Assembly (NCBI GenBank): GCA_964619725.1
Contig: CAZUFC010000039.1
Span: 1-63,170, forward strand
Source of the DNA: an uncultured bacterium
Lineage (GTDB): Bacteria > CSSED10-310 > CAZUFC01
Reading direction: 5' to 3'
DNA length: 63,170 nt
Both the position numbers and the translations under genes were made by a program. Shown one piece after another: positions 41,501 through 56,500 of this stretch (its first letter is position 1; every line of letters starts with the position of its first letter). The notes beneath the pieces were generated by a model. The model saw only the letters and a list, made by a program, of their open reading frames with translations, did not search any database and was not told where the DNA came from.

Positions 41501-44500
41501 TCAGCAGCAATTATGGAATCCGGTGCCAGAGCCAGGCGCATCCTGACATCAGCAATTGTTTGATCAATGATTGCAACAATTGGGGAATATATGTCGCGGG
41601 CAATTCTTCACCTTTGATTGCAGATAATGAAATCAGAAACAGCAACAGCGGCATCTACGTTTCATCCGACAGTTATCCCGTGATAGAGGACAACCATTTC
41701 GACGGTATAAACGGTTGGCCGATGCAACTTGATAATCCGGACGAAGTTCCCAACACCAGGGGGAACACGTTCAGCAACCTTTCAATCGGAAACGACGCCA
41801 TATATGTTGCGGGCGGTAATATCAGCCTGGACGCCCTCTGGACGGCCCAGGGCGCACCCTATTACATCACGAGCGATTTGAGAGTACGGGGCAAGGACGG
41901 CGTTGATGAAATCACGACGCTGATCCTGGAAGCAGGCGTTGAAATGCTGTTTACTTCAAACGCGGGATTGTTTATAGGCCATAATTCTAACATTAACTAT
42001 CCCGGCGAGTTGATCGCTGACGGCGATCCGGGAGAAGATGCCATTCTATTCTCCGGCTGGAACGAAACGGTCGGTTACTGGGACGGAATAACGTTTTACC
42101 GTTATTCGAGCGAAGATTCCATCATGGACCACTGCATAGTCGAATACGGCGGCAGCGGCGGCAATGAGAACATCTATTTCGATCATTCCTCTGCATTGAT
42201 CAGCAATACGATTTCCCGGTACGGTTCAGGCCCGGGTTTGTATTGCTATAATGAAGCGACGCCTCATATCATCGACTGCGATTTCACGGAAAATTCAGGA
42301 CACGGCATTTACGTTCATTACAACAGCTCTCCTTACATTTTCGGCTGTACCTGTTCCTACAATACGGACAGAGGAATTTACATCAATGACGGTTCCGCTC
42401 CGGTCATCGACAACTGTTATCTGTATGAAAACAATAATCATGGAATATCGATCGTCAACAACAATTGCAGCCCGACGGTAACGAACTGCCTGTTCGACGA
42501 AAACGATAATTATCCGGTTTACGGATACGCCGGACATTTCGGAGGATTCAACGGCAATGCGTATACGGACAACTACTATCAGCAGATATATGTTGCGGGC
42601 GATACGGTTTCCCATGATGCGACGTGGGAGAATCCAGGCATACCGTATAAGATAACGGGCAACGTGACGATCAGGGGACAGGACGGCGCTGACGAAGTAA
42701 CGACGCTGACGATTGAAGCGGGCGCTGAATTCCTGGTGACTCGTTATAATTACTTCTACGTGGGTCATGAATCGAATCCGGATTATCCGGGAGCTTTTCG
42801 GGTTATGGGAACGGAATCGGAAAAGGTTCTGTTTACTGCAGACCAAAGCGATCCGGCGCCTGGAGACTGGCGGGGCATCTACTTCGCTGATACGGCGGAC
42901 GATATGCTCTGCGAATTGCGGCACTGCATTATCGAATACGCCGGCTATGACTCTTACAATGACACTAATGAAAATATTTACTGCTACGGCAGTTCGCCGT
43001 TGTTGTTCAATGTAGAGTCTGTTTACTGTTCGGGACCCGGACTGTATTGCAACCAGGGAGCGAATCCTGTAGTCATCAACTGTGCTTTCAAATACAACAC
43101 CAGCTACGGTATATACGTCGACAACTGGTCTTCGCCTGCGATCAGCGGCGGACTCATTCAGGAGAATTCGGGTTACGGCATTTACGTCACGAATTACAGC
43201 AACATCAATCTTGACGGCGTAACGATCAGGGAAAACAACAATCATGGACTGGACATCAGGCATAATCACTGTTCAGGAACGGTAACAGATTGTCTGTTCG
43301 ACGATAACGACGGATACCCGGTTACGGCGCATGCTCGTCAGTACGGCGGTTTCAGCGGCAATACCTACGTGAACAATACGAATCAGTATTTATACGTGAG
43401 AGGCGATACAGTTTCGACGGACGGTTCCTGGGAGGATGCGGGGATACCATATCGTATTTCCGGCGATGTGACGATTAGAGGAAAAGACGGGCCTGATTCT
43501 ATAACAACGTTGACGATTGAGCCGGGCGCCGTTCTGGCGATGGGGTCCAGTCGATACTTTTACGTGGGAGATGATGTCAACGCAAACTATCCCGGCGCTT
43601 TACGAGCGATAGGCGAGGAGTCGAATAAGATCGTCTTTACGGCAGATACGGATTCTCCCAGCCCCGGTTACTGGGACGGCATCTATTTCTCGAAGCTCTC
43701 CGGAGGCTCTCAATCGGAACTGAGGCATTGCGTGATCGCCTACGGCGGAGCTGATTATGAAAACATACAGGTCAACGGCTCGTCGCCTGTGATTTCGCAT
43801 TGTGAATCTTATCAATGTTCAGGTCCCGGGTTATATTGTTATTCGGGAGCTCAGCCGATAGTGGAAAATTGCGATTTCCATGAGAATACGAATTACGGAA
43901 TATACTGTAATGACGCCTCCCCGCTGATTTCCGACAGCGAGATACACAACAACAGCAGCTATGGAGTCTACATCATCGGCAACTCTTCGCCTTCGATCTC
44001 TTCAAGTTCAATCAGACAGCATCCCACTCACGGAATTTATATTAACTCGAATTCTGCAGCTCCGATGATTACGGGGACGCTGTTCGAGTTAAACGACAGC
44101 TATCCGATCAGGTGTTCGGCCAGGCATTTGGGTATGATTTACAACAACGCTTACGTGAACAATTATCACCAGAAAATCAGAGTCGACGGAGCAACCGTGC
44201 AAGAATCAGCCCTATGGCGTAAAGAAGAAATTCCTTACCTGATAACAGGCGACGTAACAATAGCCGGGGAAGTTGGAGCTACCGCGCTTCTGACGATTGA
44301 AGCCGGTGTTGAGATGCAGTTCGAACGTTACACTCAGTTGATTATCGGTACGAACAATGTACTGAATTCCGGAGCGTTGAAGGTTGAAGGAACGCCTGAA
44401 GATAAGGTGTTGTTCACGTATAATGATTACTACTATCCGCCTTTGACCTCTGGAGAGTGGGACGGCATTTATTTCCACCAACATTCGGATGATGCGCAAT

Positions 44501-47500
44501 GCGCCTTAAGGCATGCAATCGTCGAATACGGCGGGTACAGCAGCAATCACAGCATCTTCTGCAATGAGGCTTCTCCTGATATAGAGTATTGTGAAGTAAG
44601 ATGGGGCAACGGTGCGGGCATATATTGCACGAACGATTCCGATCCGGCGATATTCTCCTGCAATTTGCATCACAACAACAGTTACGGGATTTATACGACG
44701 GGATACGGGACCGATCCTGTGATCACGAACAGCATATTTACGGAACAGCCGAACGGGATTTACATTGAAAACGGTTCTGAGCCTGTAATAGGCGGGAGTC
44801 CCGGTTCCGGCAACAATTTGTTCAACCATTCGTCTTACGGTGTCCGCAACACCTTCGGAGCGACCTGTATAGAAGCGCAGTATAACTGGTGGGGAGACGT
44901 AAACGGACCGGACGACGATTCATTCAGTACGGATGATTGCGTGAACGACGGGAACAACAATGAGCTCGGTGATGACGTAAGCGACGACGTTAATTATCTG
45001 AACTGGCTGACAGGCCCGATCGATACACCGACGCCGTTGCCGACTGCGACGTTCACGGTAACTCCGACGCCGACGGAGACGCCGGAACCGACGGAAACGC
45101 CGACGCCGACATTGACGGCATCTCCGACGGAAACGCCGGAAACGCCGACAGAAACGCCGACCTTAGCGCCTACGGATACTCCGACGGCATCTTTCACGCC
45201 GACTATCACCGCCACTCCGACATTCACATCGACGGCATCTCCTACAACCACCTGTACGCCCATAGCCGTATCTGGAGCCATAACTGAAGATACGACATGG
45301 ACTGCCGATGCACCCTGCGGCGGAGCCTACATCCTTACCGGCAACGTAACCATTTACAACAATGCCACATTGACGATCGAAGACGGCGTGGAAGTCCGGT
45401 TCAATTCCAACCGATTCATCTATGTGGGCGGTTCATCAGCGGACGACATGGGCCGCATAATTGCGGACGGAACGGAAGGAAACGGCATACTGTTCACCTC
45501 CAACCAGGTTTACAAGTCTCCCGGACAATTCATGGGAATTTATTTCCGTAATTCGGCTGCGGACGACAGTCTGCTGGACTACTGCACCATAGAATACGGC
45601 GGCTATTCGGCCAATGCTAATATTTACTGCGAGTCTGCATCGCCTGTCATAACGAATTGCGTGTCCCGGTACAGCAGCTCTCACGGTATATATTGCAACA
45701 GCCTGGCGAATCCGGAAATCAGCGATTGCGATATTCTCGAATGCAGTAACTGGGGCATCTACGTTTCAGGAAATTCCGATCCGTTTATTTCAGGGAATCA
45801 CATCGAAGGTTGCGGCGGCGGCGTTTACATTTCTTCAGACAGCTATCCCGTCGTGAAGGATAACCATTTCGACAATATAGGCGGATGGCCGCTGCAGATT
45901 GATAATCCTCATGAAGTTCCCAACACGTCGGGCAACACATTCAGCGACCTTTCCGTCGGCAACGACGCCATTCTGGTTTCAGGCGGCATTATAACCGTGG
46001 ACAGCGTATGGTATAAGCAGGGCGCTCCTTATTACATAACGGGCGATCTCACGGTGCGCGGAAAAGACGGACCTGATGTGGTGACGAATCTGGTTCTGGA
46101 AGCCGGCGTTGAGATGCTGTTTAATTCAGGCACGGGTTTAACGATCGGACACAACACTAATCTGAACTACCCGGGCGAACTGGATGCTTACGGCTATCCG
46201 GGAGAAGGCATGATAGTCTTTTCCGGATGGGAAAAAACAGTGGGATATTGGGACGGAATAACGTTCAATTATCATGCGAGCCGAAATTCAGCTCTTGACC
46301 ATTGTATAGTCGAATACGGCGGATACAGCAGCAATGAGAATATTTACGTCAGCAGGGCGCAGATCACCATCAGCAATACGATTTCCCGGTACGGCGACGG
46401 TCCGGGGCTTTACTGCTACGACGGCGCCAAGCCTGAAGTCATGGATTCAGACTTTACTGAGAATTCAGGGCATGGAATATACGTGCATTACAACAGCACA
46501 CCCTATATTCATGGTTGCACCTGTTCTTACAATACGAATCGCGGCATTTACATCAACGACGGCTCAGCTCCTATTATTGAAAATTGTTATCTGTTCGAGA
46601 ACAACAATCAGGGCATTTCCGTGGTCAACACCAACTGTGCTCCCATCGTCATTAATTGCCTGTTCGACGATAACGACAATTATCCTGTTTACGCATACGC
46701 CAGGCATTATGGAGGATTCAGCGGAAACGCTTACACCAACAACTACTACCAGCAGCTTTATGTCGTCGGCGATACGATTCCGACGGACGGAACATGGGAG
46801 AATTCCGGTATTCCTTACAAAATAACAGGCGATGTGACCATCCGGGGCGAAGACGGTCCGGACAAAGTGACGACGTTAACCATTGAACCCGGCGCAGTTG
46901 TTCTGGTCGGCCGTTATTACGACATTTATGTCGGGCATGACGACAATCCGGATTACACGGGAGCGTTGAGAGCCATCGGAACGGAATCAGAGAAGATACT
47001 TTTCACGGCGGACCGTGACGATCCCACCAACGGCGACTGGAGAGGCATATATTTCGCTGCTTATTCCGACGATTCTCTCTGCGAATTGAATCACTGCATC
47101 ATCGAATACGGCGGATATGATTCTTACAACAACTCGAAGGACAACATCTACTGCAACGGGAGTTCTCCCTTGATTCAAAATACGGAGTCCCGTTACGGAT
47201 CAGGGCCGGGATTATATTGTGTTCAGGGAGCAGAGCCGACGGTCATAGGCTGCGATTTCAATCACAATTCCAATTACGGCATTTACGTCCATGATTACTC
47301 AACTCCGCAGATAAGCGACAGCACGGTTTCCGAAAACTCAAGCCACGGCATCTACGTAAATTCCCACAGCGAACCGGTCATAACCTCTACCTCATTCTTA
47401 TCCAACAACTCCGACGGATTAAGGGTCGGCAACAATAATTGTTCGGTCACTGTGACTGATTGTCTGTTCCAGGACAACAACAATTATCCCGTATCGGCCT

Positions 47501-50500
47501 ATGCCAGGCAGTTCGGAGGATTCAGCGGCAATACTTTCGTCGACAATACGTATCAGTACGTTTATGTATACGGCGACACGATACCGGTGGATTCTACATG
47601 GGTGGATGCAGGAATTCCCTACAGGATTTCCGGCGACATATACATCAGGGGACAGGATGAAAACGACGGTCTGGCCGTGCTGACGCTGGAACCGGGAGTA
47701 GTCATGATGATGGGATCGAGCCGCAGCATCGATGTGGGTCATGACTCTGACGTCGATTATCCCGGAGCGTTAAAAGTCATGGGTGAAGCTTCCGATAAGG
47801 TTATTTTTACGGCGGATACGGATACGCCTTCGACGGGATATTGGGACGGCATTTACTTCAGCCTGTATTCCGGCGGTTCGATTTCCGAAATGAATCACTG
47901 TATCGTGGAATACGGCGGCAGCGGTTATGAAAACATACAGATCAACAGCAGTTCGCCCGTATTGAATAACGTGGAGTCCCGTTATTGTTCGGGACCAGGG
48001 CTCTACTTCAACAATGGTTCTCATCCCGTGGTGAACGGCGGCAGTTTCCATGAGAACACGAATTACGGCATTTACTGCAACAATTCAGCGCCGACCATAA
48101 CAGGGGCAGTATTTACGAGCAACAGCAGCCATGGACTTTATGTGACAGGGGACTCTGCTCCCTCGGTCGATTCGTGCTCTTTCAACAATCATCCTTCCTA
48201 CGGAGTCTACATCAACTCGAATACGGCATCGCCGACGGTGGTGAATAGCAGTTTTACGCTTAACAACGACTATCCTTTGTATTGCAGGGCCGGTAATCTC
48301 GACGATATATACGGCAACACGTATACGAACAATCTGCATCAGAAGATAAGGGTAGCCGGCGACAGGGTGGCGACGGACAGCGTATGGCGTGATGAGGGGA
48401 TACCGTATTTCATCGACGGCGACGTGACGGTAGCCGGCTTTAACGGAATACCTGCGATACTGACGGTGGAGGAAGGCGTCGAAATTCAGTTCAACCGTTA
48501 TCAGCAATTGATAATAGGCGAAGTGAATGTATTGAGTCTCGGCGGATTACGGGTTGAAGGAACCGCTGACAATCCGGTCCTTTTCACCTATAACGACTAC
48601 AACTATCCTCCTTCCACCAGCGGAGAATGGGACGGCATATATTTCCGTGAATATGCCGTGAATGAGGAGTGCATACTCAGGCATGCGAAAATCGAATACG
48701 GCGGATACAGCGGCAATCACAGCGTGCAGTGCAACAATGCCTCGCCGACGCTGGAACATTGTGAAATAAGTTACGGCAACGGCGCGGGGGTTTACTGCTA
48801 TAACGGAGCGCAGCCAACGATATTTGCGTGTAATATTCATCACAACAATTCCTATGGTATATATGCGACGAACGGCGACACGGACCCCGTAATAACCCAT
48901 TGCATCATCAGCGAGAATCCGAACGGCATATACATAGAGAACGCAGCAGAGCCGGTTATCGGAGGTACGGAAGGTTCCGGGAACAACATATTCGACAACA
49001 GTTCCTACGGCGTGCGCAATACTTACTCGACAACTTGTATCGAAGCGCAGCACAACTGGTGGGGCGATGAGAACGGACCCGACGACAACTCATACGGAAA
49101 CGACGATTGCGTCAATACGGGCAACGAAAACGACGAAGGCGATCAGGTAAGCGACGACGTTTATTATCTGAACTGGTTGTCGTCACCGATAGATACGCCG
49201 ACGCCTGTCCCGACGGCGACATTCACAGTGACGTCGACGCCGACGGAGACGCCGGAGCCTACGGAAACGCCGACGGCGACCTTGACGCCCACGGAAACAG
49301 TCGCGCCGGATACTGCGACGCCGACGCCCACCCGGACCAACACGAGAACGCCTACGTTAACCGGAACGCCGACGCCTTCGCCTTCCCATACTTTCACGTC
49401 CACGCCTTCTCCCACGACCACGTGCACGCCTTACGCCGTTTCGGGCGCCATAACCGTGGATACGACCTGGGAAAACGATGCTCCGTGCGGCGGAGTATAC
49501 ATCGTCACGGGGGACGTGACCGTTCACAACAATGCGACGCTGACGATCGAACCCGGCGTTGAAGTCAGGTTCAACTCGAATCGTCGGTTATACGTCGGCG
49601 GGACGTCCGAAGGCGATACGGGGAAACTGGTTGCCGACGGAACCGATATGATGCGCATCGTGTTTACTTCCAACCAGGTTTATCAGGGTCCCGGACAGTA
49701 TGACGGCATTTACTTCAGGGACCAGGCTGACGACGACAGCATCCTGGACTTCTGCACCATCGAATACGCCGGTCACTCGACTAATGCAAACATATACTGT
49801 GAAGGCGCTTCGCCGGTCATCACCAACATTGTATCCCGGTACAGCAGCAGTCATGGGATTTACTGCACGAATAACGCTAATCCCCTGATAACCTACGGAA
49901 TAATCACCGACTGTTCAGGTTGGGGAATCTATGTGACGAACGCATCGTCGCCTGAAATATCCGAGATGTTTCTGAAGAGCAATTCCAACGGGTTGTATAT
50001 TTCTTCCGACAGTTATCCTGAAGTGATCAACAACAGTTTCTTCAGCATCGGCGGATGGCCCATCCAGATAGATAATGCGCACGAAGTTCCGAACGTCATA
50101 GGCAACAGTTTTTCGGACCTGGCAGACGACTACAGGGCTATCCGGGTTGCCGGCGGAGTGATGACCAGGGACGGGTTATGGATGAATCAGGGTATTCCTT
50201 ATTATATCTCATCTGATATAACGATCAGAGGCCAGGATGGGCCGGACAACATCACGACATTGACTTTGGACCCCGGCATCGTTCTGCTGTTCGGTTCGCA
50301 AGTGGGACTTTACATCGGAAGCGATTCAGACCTGAACAAACCCGGCAGCATAGATGCTCAGGGAACGCCCTGGGGGGATGCCGTAACCTTCTCCGGCTGG
50401 GAAGAGACGTATGGATACTGGGACGGCATAATGTTCAACCAGTATGCGAGCGACGCCTGCATCATGGATTACTGCGTAGTGGAATACGGCGGTTACAGCA

Positions 50501-53500
50501 GTTACGAGAACATTTACATTGACGAGAGTTCACCGACGATTATGAACACTCACTGCCGTTACGGGGACGGCGACGGTTTGTATTGCATCAACGGTTCTCA
50601 GGCCGTCATAACGGATTGCGATTTCTATTCCAATTCTTCCCGCGGCGTCCGAATACAATCTTCCAGCTCGCCTTACCTCACCGGCTGCTGGATGTACGAA
50701 AACTCAAGCCAGGGACTTCGGGTAGACAGCGGGTCTTCGCCGACCATCGATTCCTGCGTGATGTTCGAGAATAATTCCTACGGTCTTTACATCTCCAATA
50801 CGAATTGCCGGCCTGTCGTGACCAATTGTATTTTTGACGATAACGACACTTATCCGGTATACGGATACGCCGGGCACTTCAGCGGATTCCAGGGCAATTC
50901 CTATCAGAACAATCTGTATCAGCAGATTTACGTGGCATCGGATACCATTACAGAAGACGGAACCTGGGAGAACGCCGGGATTCCGTACAAGATAACAGGC
51001 GACATAACGATCCAGGGGCGCGACGGAGAAGACAGGGTTACGACCTGGACGATTGAGCCGGGGGCTGAACTGCAGATAGGGCGTTACTACACCATCTATG
51101 TGGGGCATGACGATAATCCGGATTATCGTGGAGCGTTGAGCGCTGTGGGAACGGAAACGGAGAAGATCATTTTTACAGCGGACCAAAACGTCCCATCGTA
51201 TAACGACTGGCGAGGCATATACTTCGCCGCTTATTCCGAAGATGAGCTTTGCGAGTTGACCCATTGCATAGTGGAATACGGCGGTTATGACTGGCACGAA
51301 AACATTTACTGCCACAACAGTTCGCCTTTGATCACGAACACGGCATCGCTTTACTGTTCCGGTCCCGGCATTTACTGCAACAACAACGCCTCTCCTGATA
51401 TAATCGACTGCCTTTGCATGTATAATTCCAATCACGGGATTTACTGCAACAACGATTCTTCGCCCTTGATAAGCGGCGGCGTCATGCAGGAGAATTCGAG
51501 CCGCGGCATTTACATCCATAACGGCAGTTCGCCGGTTATCGACGGCTGTGCGCTGATTGAGAACAATTCTTATGGTATTTCCGTGGTTCATCTGGATAGC
51601 CGGCCGATTATCACCAACTGCTTCTTCGACGACAATGACACCTACCCGCTCTACGCTTACGCCCGGCATATCGGCGGGTTCAGCGACAATACATTCGAGG
51701 ATAATCTCTATCAGGAAATTTATGTGGAGGGGGACACCATCCCGTTCGATTCCGTATGGGATGCGCCGGGAATACCCTACAAAGTCGTCGGCAACATAAC
51801 GATACTCGGATTGGATGGAGAAGATGAGATAACGACGCTTGAGATCGAAGCCGGCGCAGAGTTGCGCATGGGTTCCGGACGCTATATCCAGGTGGGCAAC
51901 GATACTGATTTCGATGCTCCCGGAGCGTTGAGGGCCCTGGGAGAAGCTTCGAACAAGGTCCTGTTTACGGCGGATACGACGACGCCGAGTCCCGGATACT
52001 GGCAGGGAATTTACTTCACGGTGTATTCCGGAGGTTCTTTCTCGATGCTGAATCATTGCATAGTGGAGTACGGCGGAAGCAGTTACGAAAACATCGATTG
52101 TAATGCAAGTTCTCCGGTAATCAGCAACGTGGAGTCGCATAATTGTTCCGGGCCGGGCATCTACTGTCGCCCCGGCTCTTCACCGTCAATAACCGATTGT
52201 CATCTGCATCACAACACGAATTACGGAATATACTGCTCCAGCGCTTCGCCGGAAGTTGAAGGAAGCGTAATCAGCGCCAATTCCAGTCAGGGAATTTACA
52301 TAGTCGGCGATTCGTCTCCGACCATCTCGAACTGTCAGATCAAGGAGCATCCCACGTATGGGATTTACGTCAATTCCAACACGGCCTGGCCGGTGATTTC
52401 GGGGAATACGATCAATTTGAACAACGACTATCCGATTTATTGTTACGCCAGGCATGCGGGGAGAATTTACGACAATAGTTTCAGCGGGAACCTGCGTCAG
52501 AAGATACGAATTGCCGGCGATACAATACCGGAGAATGCGGTCTGGACGAACCAGGGCATACCATACCTGATTGACGGAGACGTAACGGTGGCGGGAGTTG
52601 ACGGCGTGCCTGCGATAATGCGGATAAGACCCGGAGTGGAACTGCAGTTTAATCGTTACCACCAGTTGTATATCGGCACCGGCGGAGTGCTGAACCGCGG
52701 CGGACTTATTGTGGAAGGCGTTCCCGAACAGAGAGTCAGGTTCACTTACAACGACGATTACAATCCGCCTCTTACGACGGGAGAATGGGACGGAATATAC
52801 TTCCACGAGCATTGCGATGACGAGAGCTGCATAATAAAGAACGCTGTCATCGAGTATGCGGGGTACAGCAGCAATCATGCGATTTACTGCAATGCGACGT
52901 CGCCGACGTTTGATCATTGCGAGATAAGCTACGGCGAAGGCGCGGGCATATACTGCACCTCCGGTTGCGACCCGGTGATCAATGCCTGCCGGATACACGA
53001 CAACACTTCTTACGGGATATACACGACGGGATTCGGGACCGATCCGGTCATAACGAACTGTATTATAACGTCGCAGCCGAACGGCATTTACATCGAAAGC
53101 AGGTCTGATCCTGTGATCGGCGGCGCTGCAGGCATCGGGAACAACATTGCGGGTAATACGAGTTATGGAGTCAGGAACACCAACGATACGACGTGCATCA
53201 TGGCGTCGAACAACTGGTGGGGAGACGTGAGCGGACCTGACGACGACGGATTCGGCATCGATGATTGCGTAGACGACGGCAACGACAATGACGAAGGCGA
53301 TAGCGTCAGTGAGGATGTTTATTACGTCAACTGGAACACGGCGCCCATCGATACGCCCACGACCGTACCGACCTGGACCCCCACGGAAACGCCGACGCAA
53401 ACCCCGACTGCCACGCCGACGGAAACTCCGTTCCTGTCGCCGACGCCGACCGACACGCCGACCGACACGCCGACTGCCGCTCCGACCGATACCCCGACTG

Positions 53501-56500
53501 AAATACCGACTGAATCGCCGACAGCCACCGAGACTCCCGTCGTTTCACCTACGAATACGCCGACTCCCACGATAACGACCACAGTTACATGCACGCCGGG
53601 CACCTTCTCCGGTTCCATCGTCGAAGACACGACCTGGAGCTACTCGGAACTCTGCGGAGGCATGATCGTCATAACAGGCAACGTAACGATTCACGACAAT
53701 GCCACTTTGACCATTGAAGACGGCGTTCAGGTACTGTTCAACGACAATACCAGGATGTATGTGGGCGGAAGCTCGCAGGATGATTTCGGACGCCTCATAG
53801 CCCAGGGATCGGAAAACGCCGGCATCCTGTTTACGTCAAACAGCGACGAGCCGACTCACGGCAGTTACGACGGTATCTACTTCAGAGATGCGGCAGACGA
53901 TTCCAGCATACTGGAATACTGCACAATCGAGTATGCCGGTCATTCCCAGGGAGCCAACGTCTACATCGAATACTCCTCGCCCCAGATATCCAATTGCATC
54001 GTCAGGTACGGCAGCGGACACGGAATAGAAATCAGCCATGGGCATCCCATCATCATGGATGGTGAGGTAAGCGATTGCAACAACTACTCTATAAGGGTAA
54101 CCGGCGAATCTTTGCCGATTATTTCAAATATGATTATGGAGTATAATTACCGTGGGCTCTACATCGCATCGAATTCCTTCCCGATAGTCGACGGCAACTA
54201 TTTCGCCTACATATCCGACTGGCCCATTTACATCACGAATCCGCATGAAGTCCCCAACGTGACGAATAATGTATTCGAGAACCTGACCAAAGACTATACC
54301 GCTATCCAGGTTAACGGAGGAACCGTTACCACGGACGGCGTATGGGATAATCAGGGCATACCCTATTACATCAATTCGGATATCACGGTTCAGGGAATGG
54401 ACGGCTCAGACGGCGTAACGTCGATAACGCTGGAACCCGGGGTAACCATGCTGTTCGGTTCACAGGTCGGACTGATGCTGGGCCATGATACTGATCCCAA
54501 TCTGCCGGGCGGTCTGGATGCTCAGGGCAGCCTGGAAGAGGGCGATATCCTCTTCTCCGGATGGGAAGAGAATCCGGGTTACTGGGACGGCATAACTTTC
54601 TATGAGCATGGCTCCGACGACTCCATAATGGATTACTGCGTTGTGGAATACGGCGGCTACAGTTCATTTGAGAACATCTGGCTCAACGGCTGTTCTCCCA
54701 CTATCAGCAATACCATTTCCAGGTATTGTTCGCGAAGAGGTCTTTATTGCAATCATTCTTCGAGTCCGATCGTAACGAACTGCGATTTTACGGACAACTC
54801 GTCACAGGGAATTCGAATAGAAAATGAGAGCGATCCTGTCATTACAGGATGTTACATCGCTTACAACAGCAGCCAGGGCATATACATCATAAACAGTTCT
54901 GCGCCGTCCATCAGCGATTGCGAAATTTTCGAGAACAACAGCTACGGCATTTACATCAACAACAATGACTGTTCGCCTTCGATAACCAATTGCACGTTCG
55001 AAGATAACGACCATTATCCTCTGCACGCATATGCCGGACAGATCGATATGTTCAGCGGGAATACATACATTGCGAACCTGTACCAGAAGATTTACGTCAT
55101 CGGTGAGACAATCGTCGACGACACAGTTTGGGTCGATGATGGAATTCCTTATCAGATCGTCTCCTATGATTTGATCATACAGGGTCAGGATGGCGAAGAC
55201 CTGGTGACGCAATTGAGTCTGCAGCCGGGCGTGGTTCTGGAAATGAGTTCTAATCTGCAGGTTTACGTGGGTCATGACACGGATGAGGAAGCGCCTGGAG
55301 CGCTGTATGCTGTAGGCGACGAGGAAAACAGGATCGTCTTCACATCGGAAAATGCGAACCCGTCGCCCGGAAACTGGGACGGCATATACTTCGCCGAATA
55401 TTCAGACGACACGCTCTGTGAATTAACCTATTGCACGGTGGAATACGGCGGAGCCGGCTCCTGGGAAAACATACACTGCAACGGCAGTTCTCCTGTTATC
55501 ACGAATACGCAGTCGCTATACGGTTCGGGACCCGGAATCTATTGCAATAACGGCGCTGAACCGATCATTACCGATTGCGATCTCCTCTACAACAGCACCA
55601 GAGGCATTCATATGGAAAACGGGTCAGCTCCCGTCATAACAGGCTGTATGTCGGCCTACAACGGCAACCAGGGTCTCTACATGAACGGAGGTTCCTCACC
55701 AGTCATCAGTTCCAGCGTCTTTTTCGAGAATTCATCCTATGGCGTATACGTCAATGATACGAATTCCAGTCCTGTGATCACCAATTGCCTGTTCGACGAC
55801 AACGACCATTATCCGCTCTACGCCTGGGCCGGCCAGCTCAACGAAATTCACGGCAATACCTACGTCGATAATCTCTATGAACAAATCTACGTCAGAGGAG
55901 AAATCGTAGAGATCGACGCTGTTTGGGTAAACGACGGCATTCCTTACAAGATAACGGACGACATCTACGTTTACGGATTGAACGACGAAACGACGACTGT
56001 GACGCTGGAACCCGGCGTAGTCATGGAATTCATGTCGCAAAGAGGACTAACCATCGGTCATGATACCATAGATGCCAGGCCGGGCGCTCTGTACGCCGTG
56101 GGAACGGAAACGGAGAAAATCCTGTTCACCGCGGATACCGACACGCCGAGCCCCGGATACTGGGACGGCATCTACTTCAGCGTCTATTCCGATTCTAATT
56201 TGAGCGAGGTTACTCACTGCGTCATCGAATACGGCGGATACGGCTCTTCACCGATCTACTGCAACACTTCTTCCCCGACCATCACTTATACCGATCTCAG
56301 TTACGGTCCGGGACCGGGACTCTTGTGCAATACAGGAGCTAACCCCACCGTCGACCACTGCGTCATCCATCACAACAATAACCAGGGCGTATACTGCAAT
56401 AACGCTTCGCCTCAGATTACACACTGCCTGATTTATTCCAACAGCAGCCAGGGTATGTACCTCACCAATTACTCCTACCCGTTCATTTCATCAAACATCA

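Noticed and set aside
36780-53340. Repeated modules as a possible DGR template/variable pair or misassembly
   Set aside because: No reverse transcriptase; differences are spread over all bases rather than adenine-specific; modules are too diverged for an assembly duplication.
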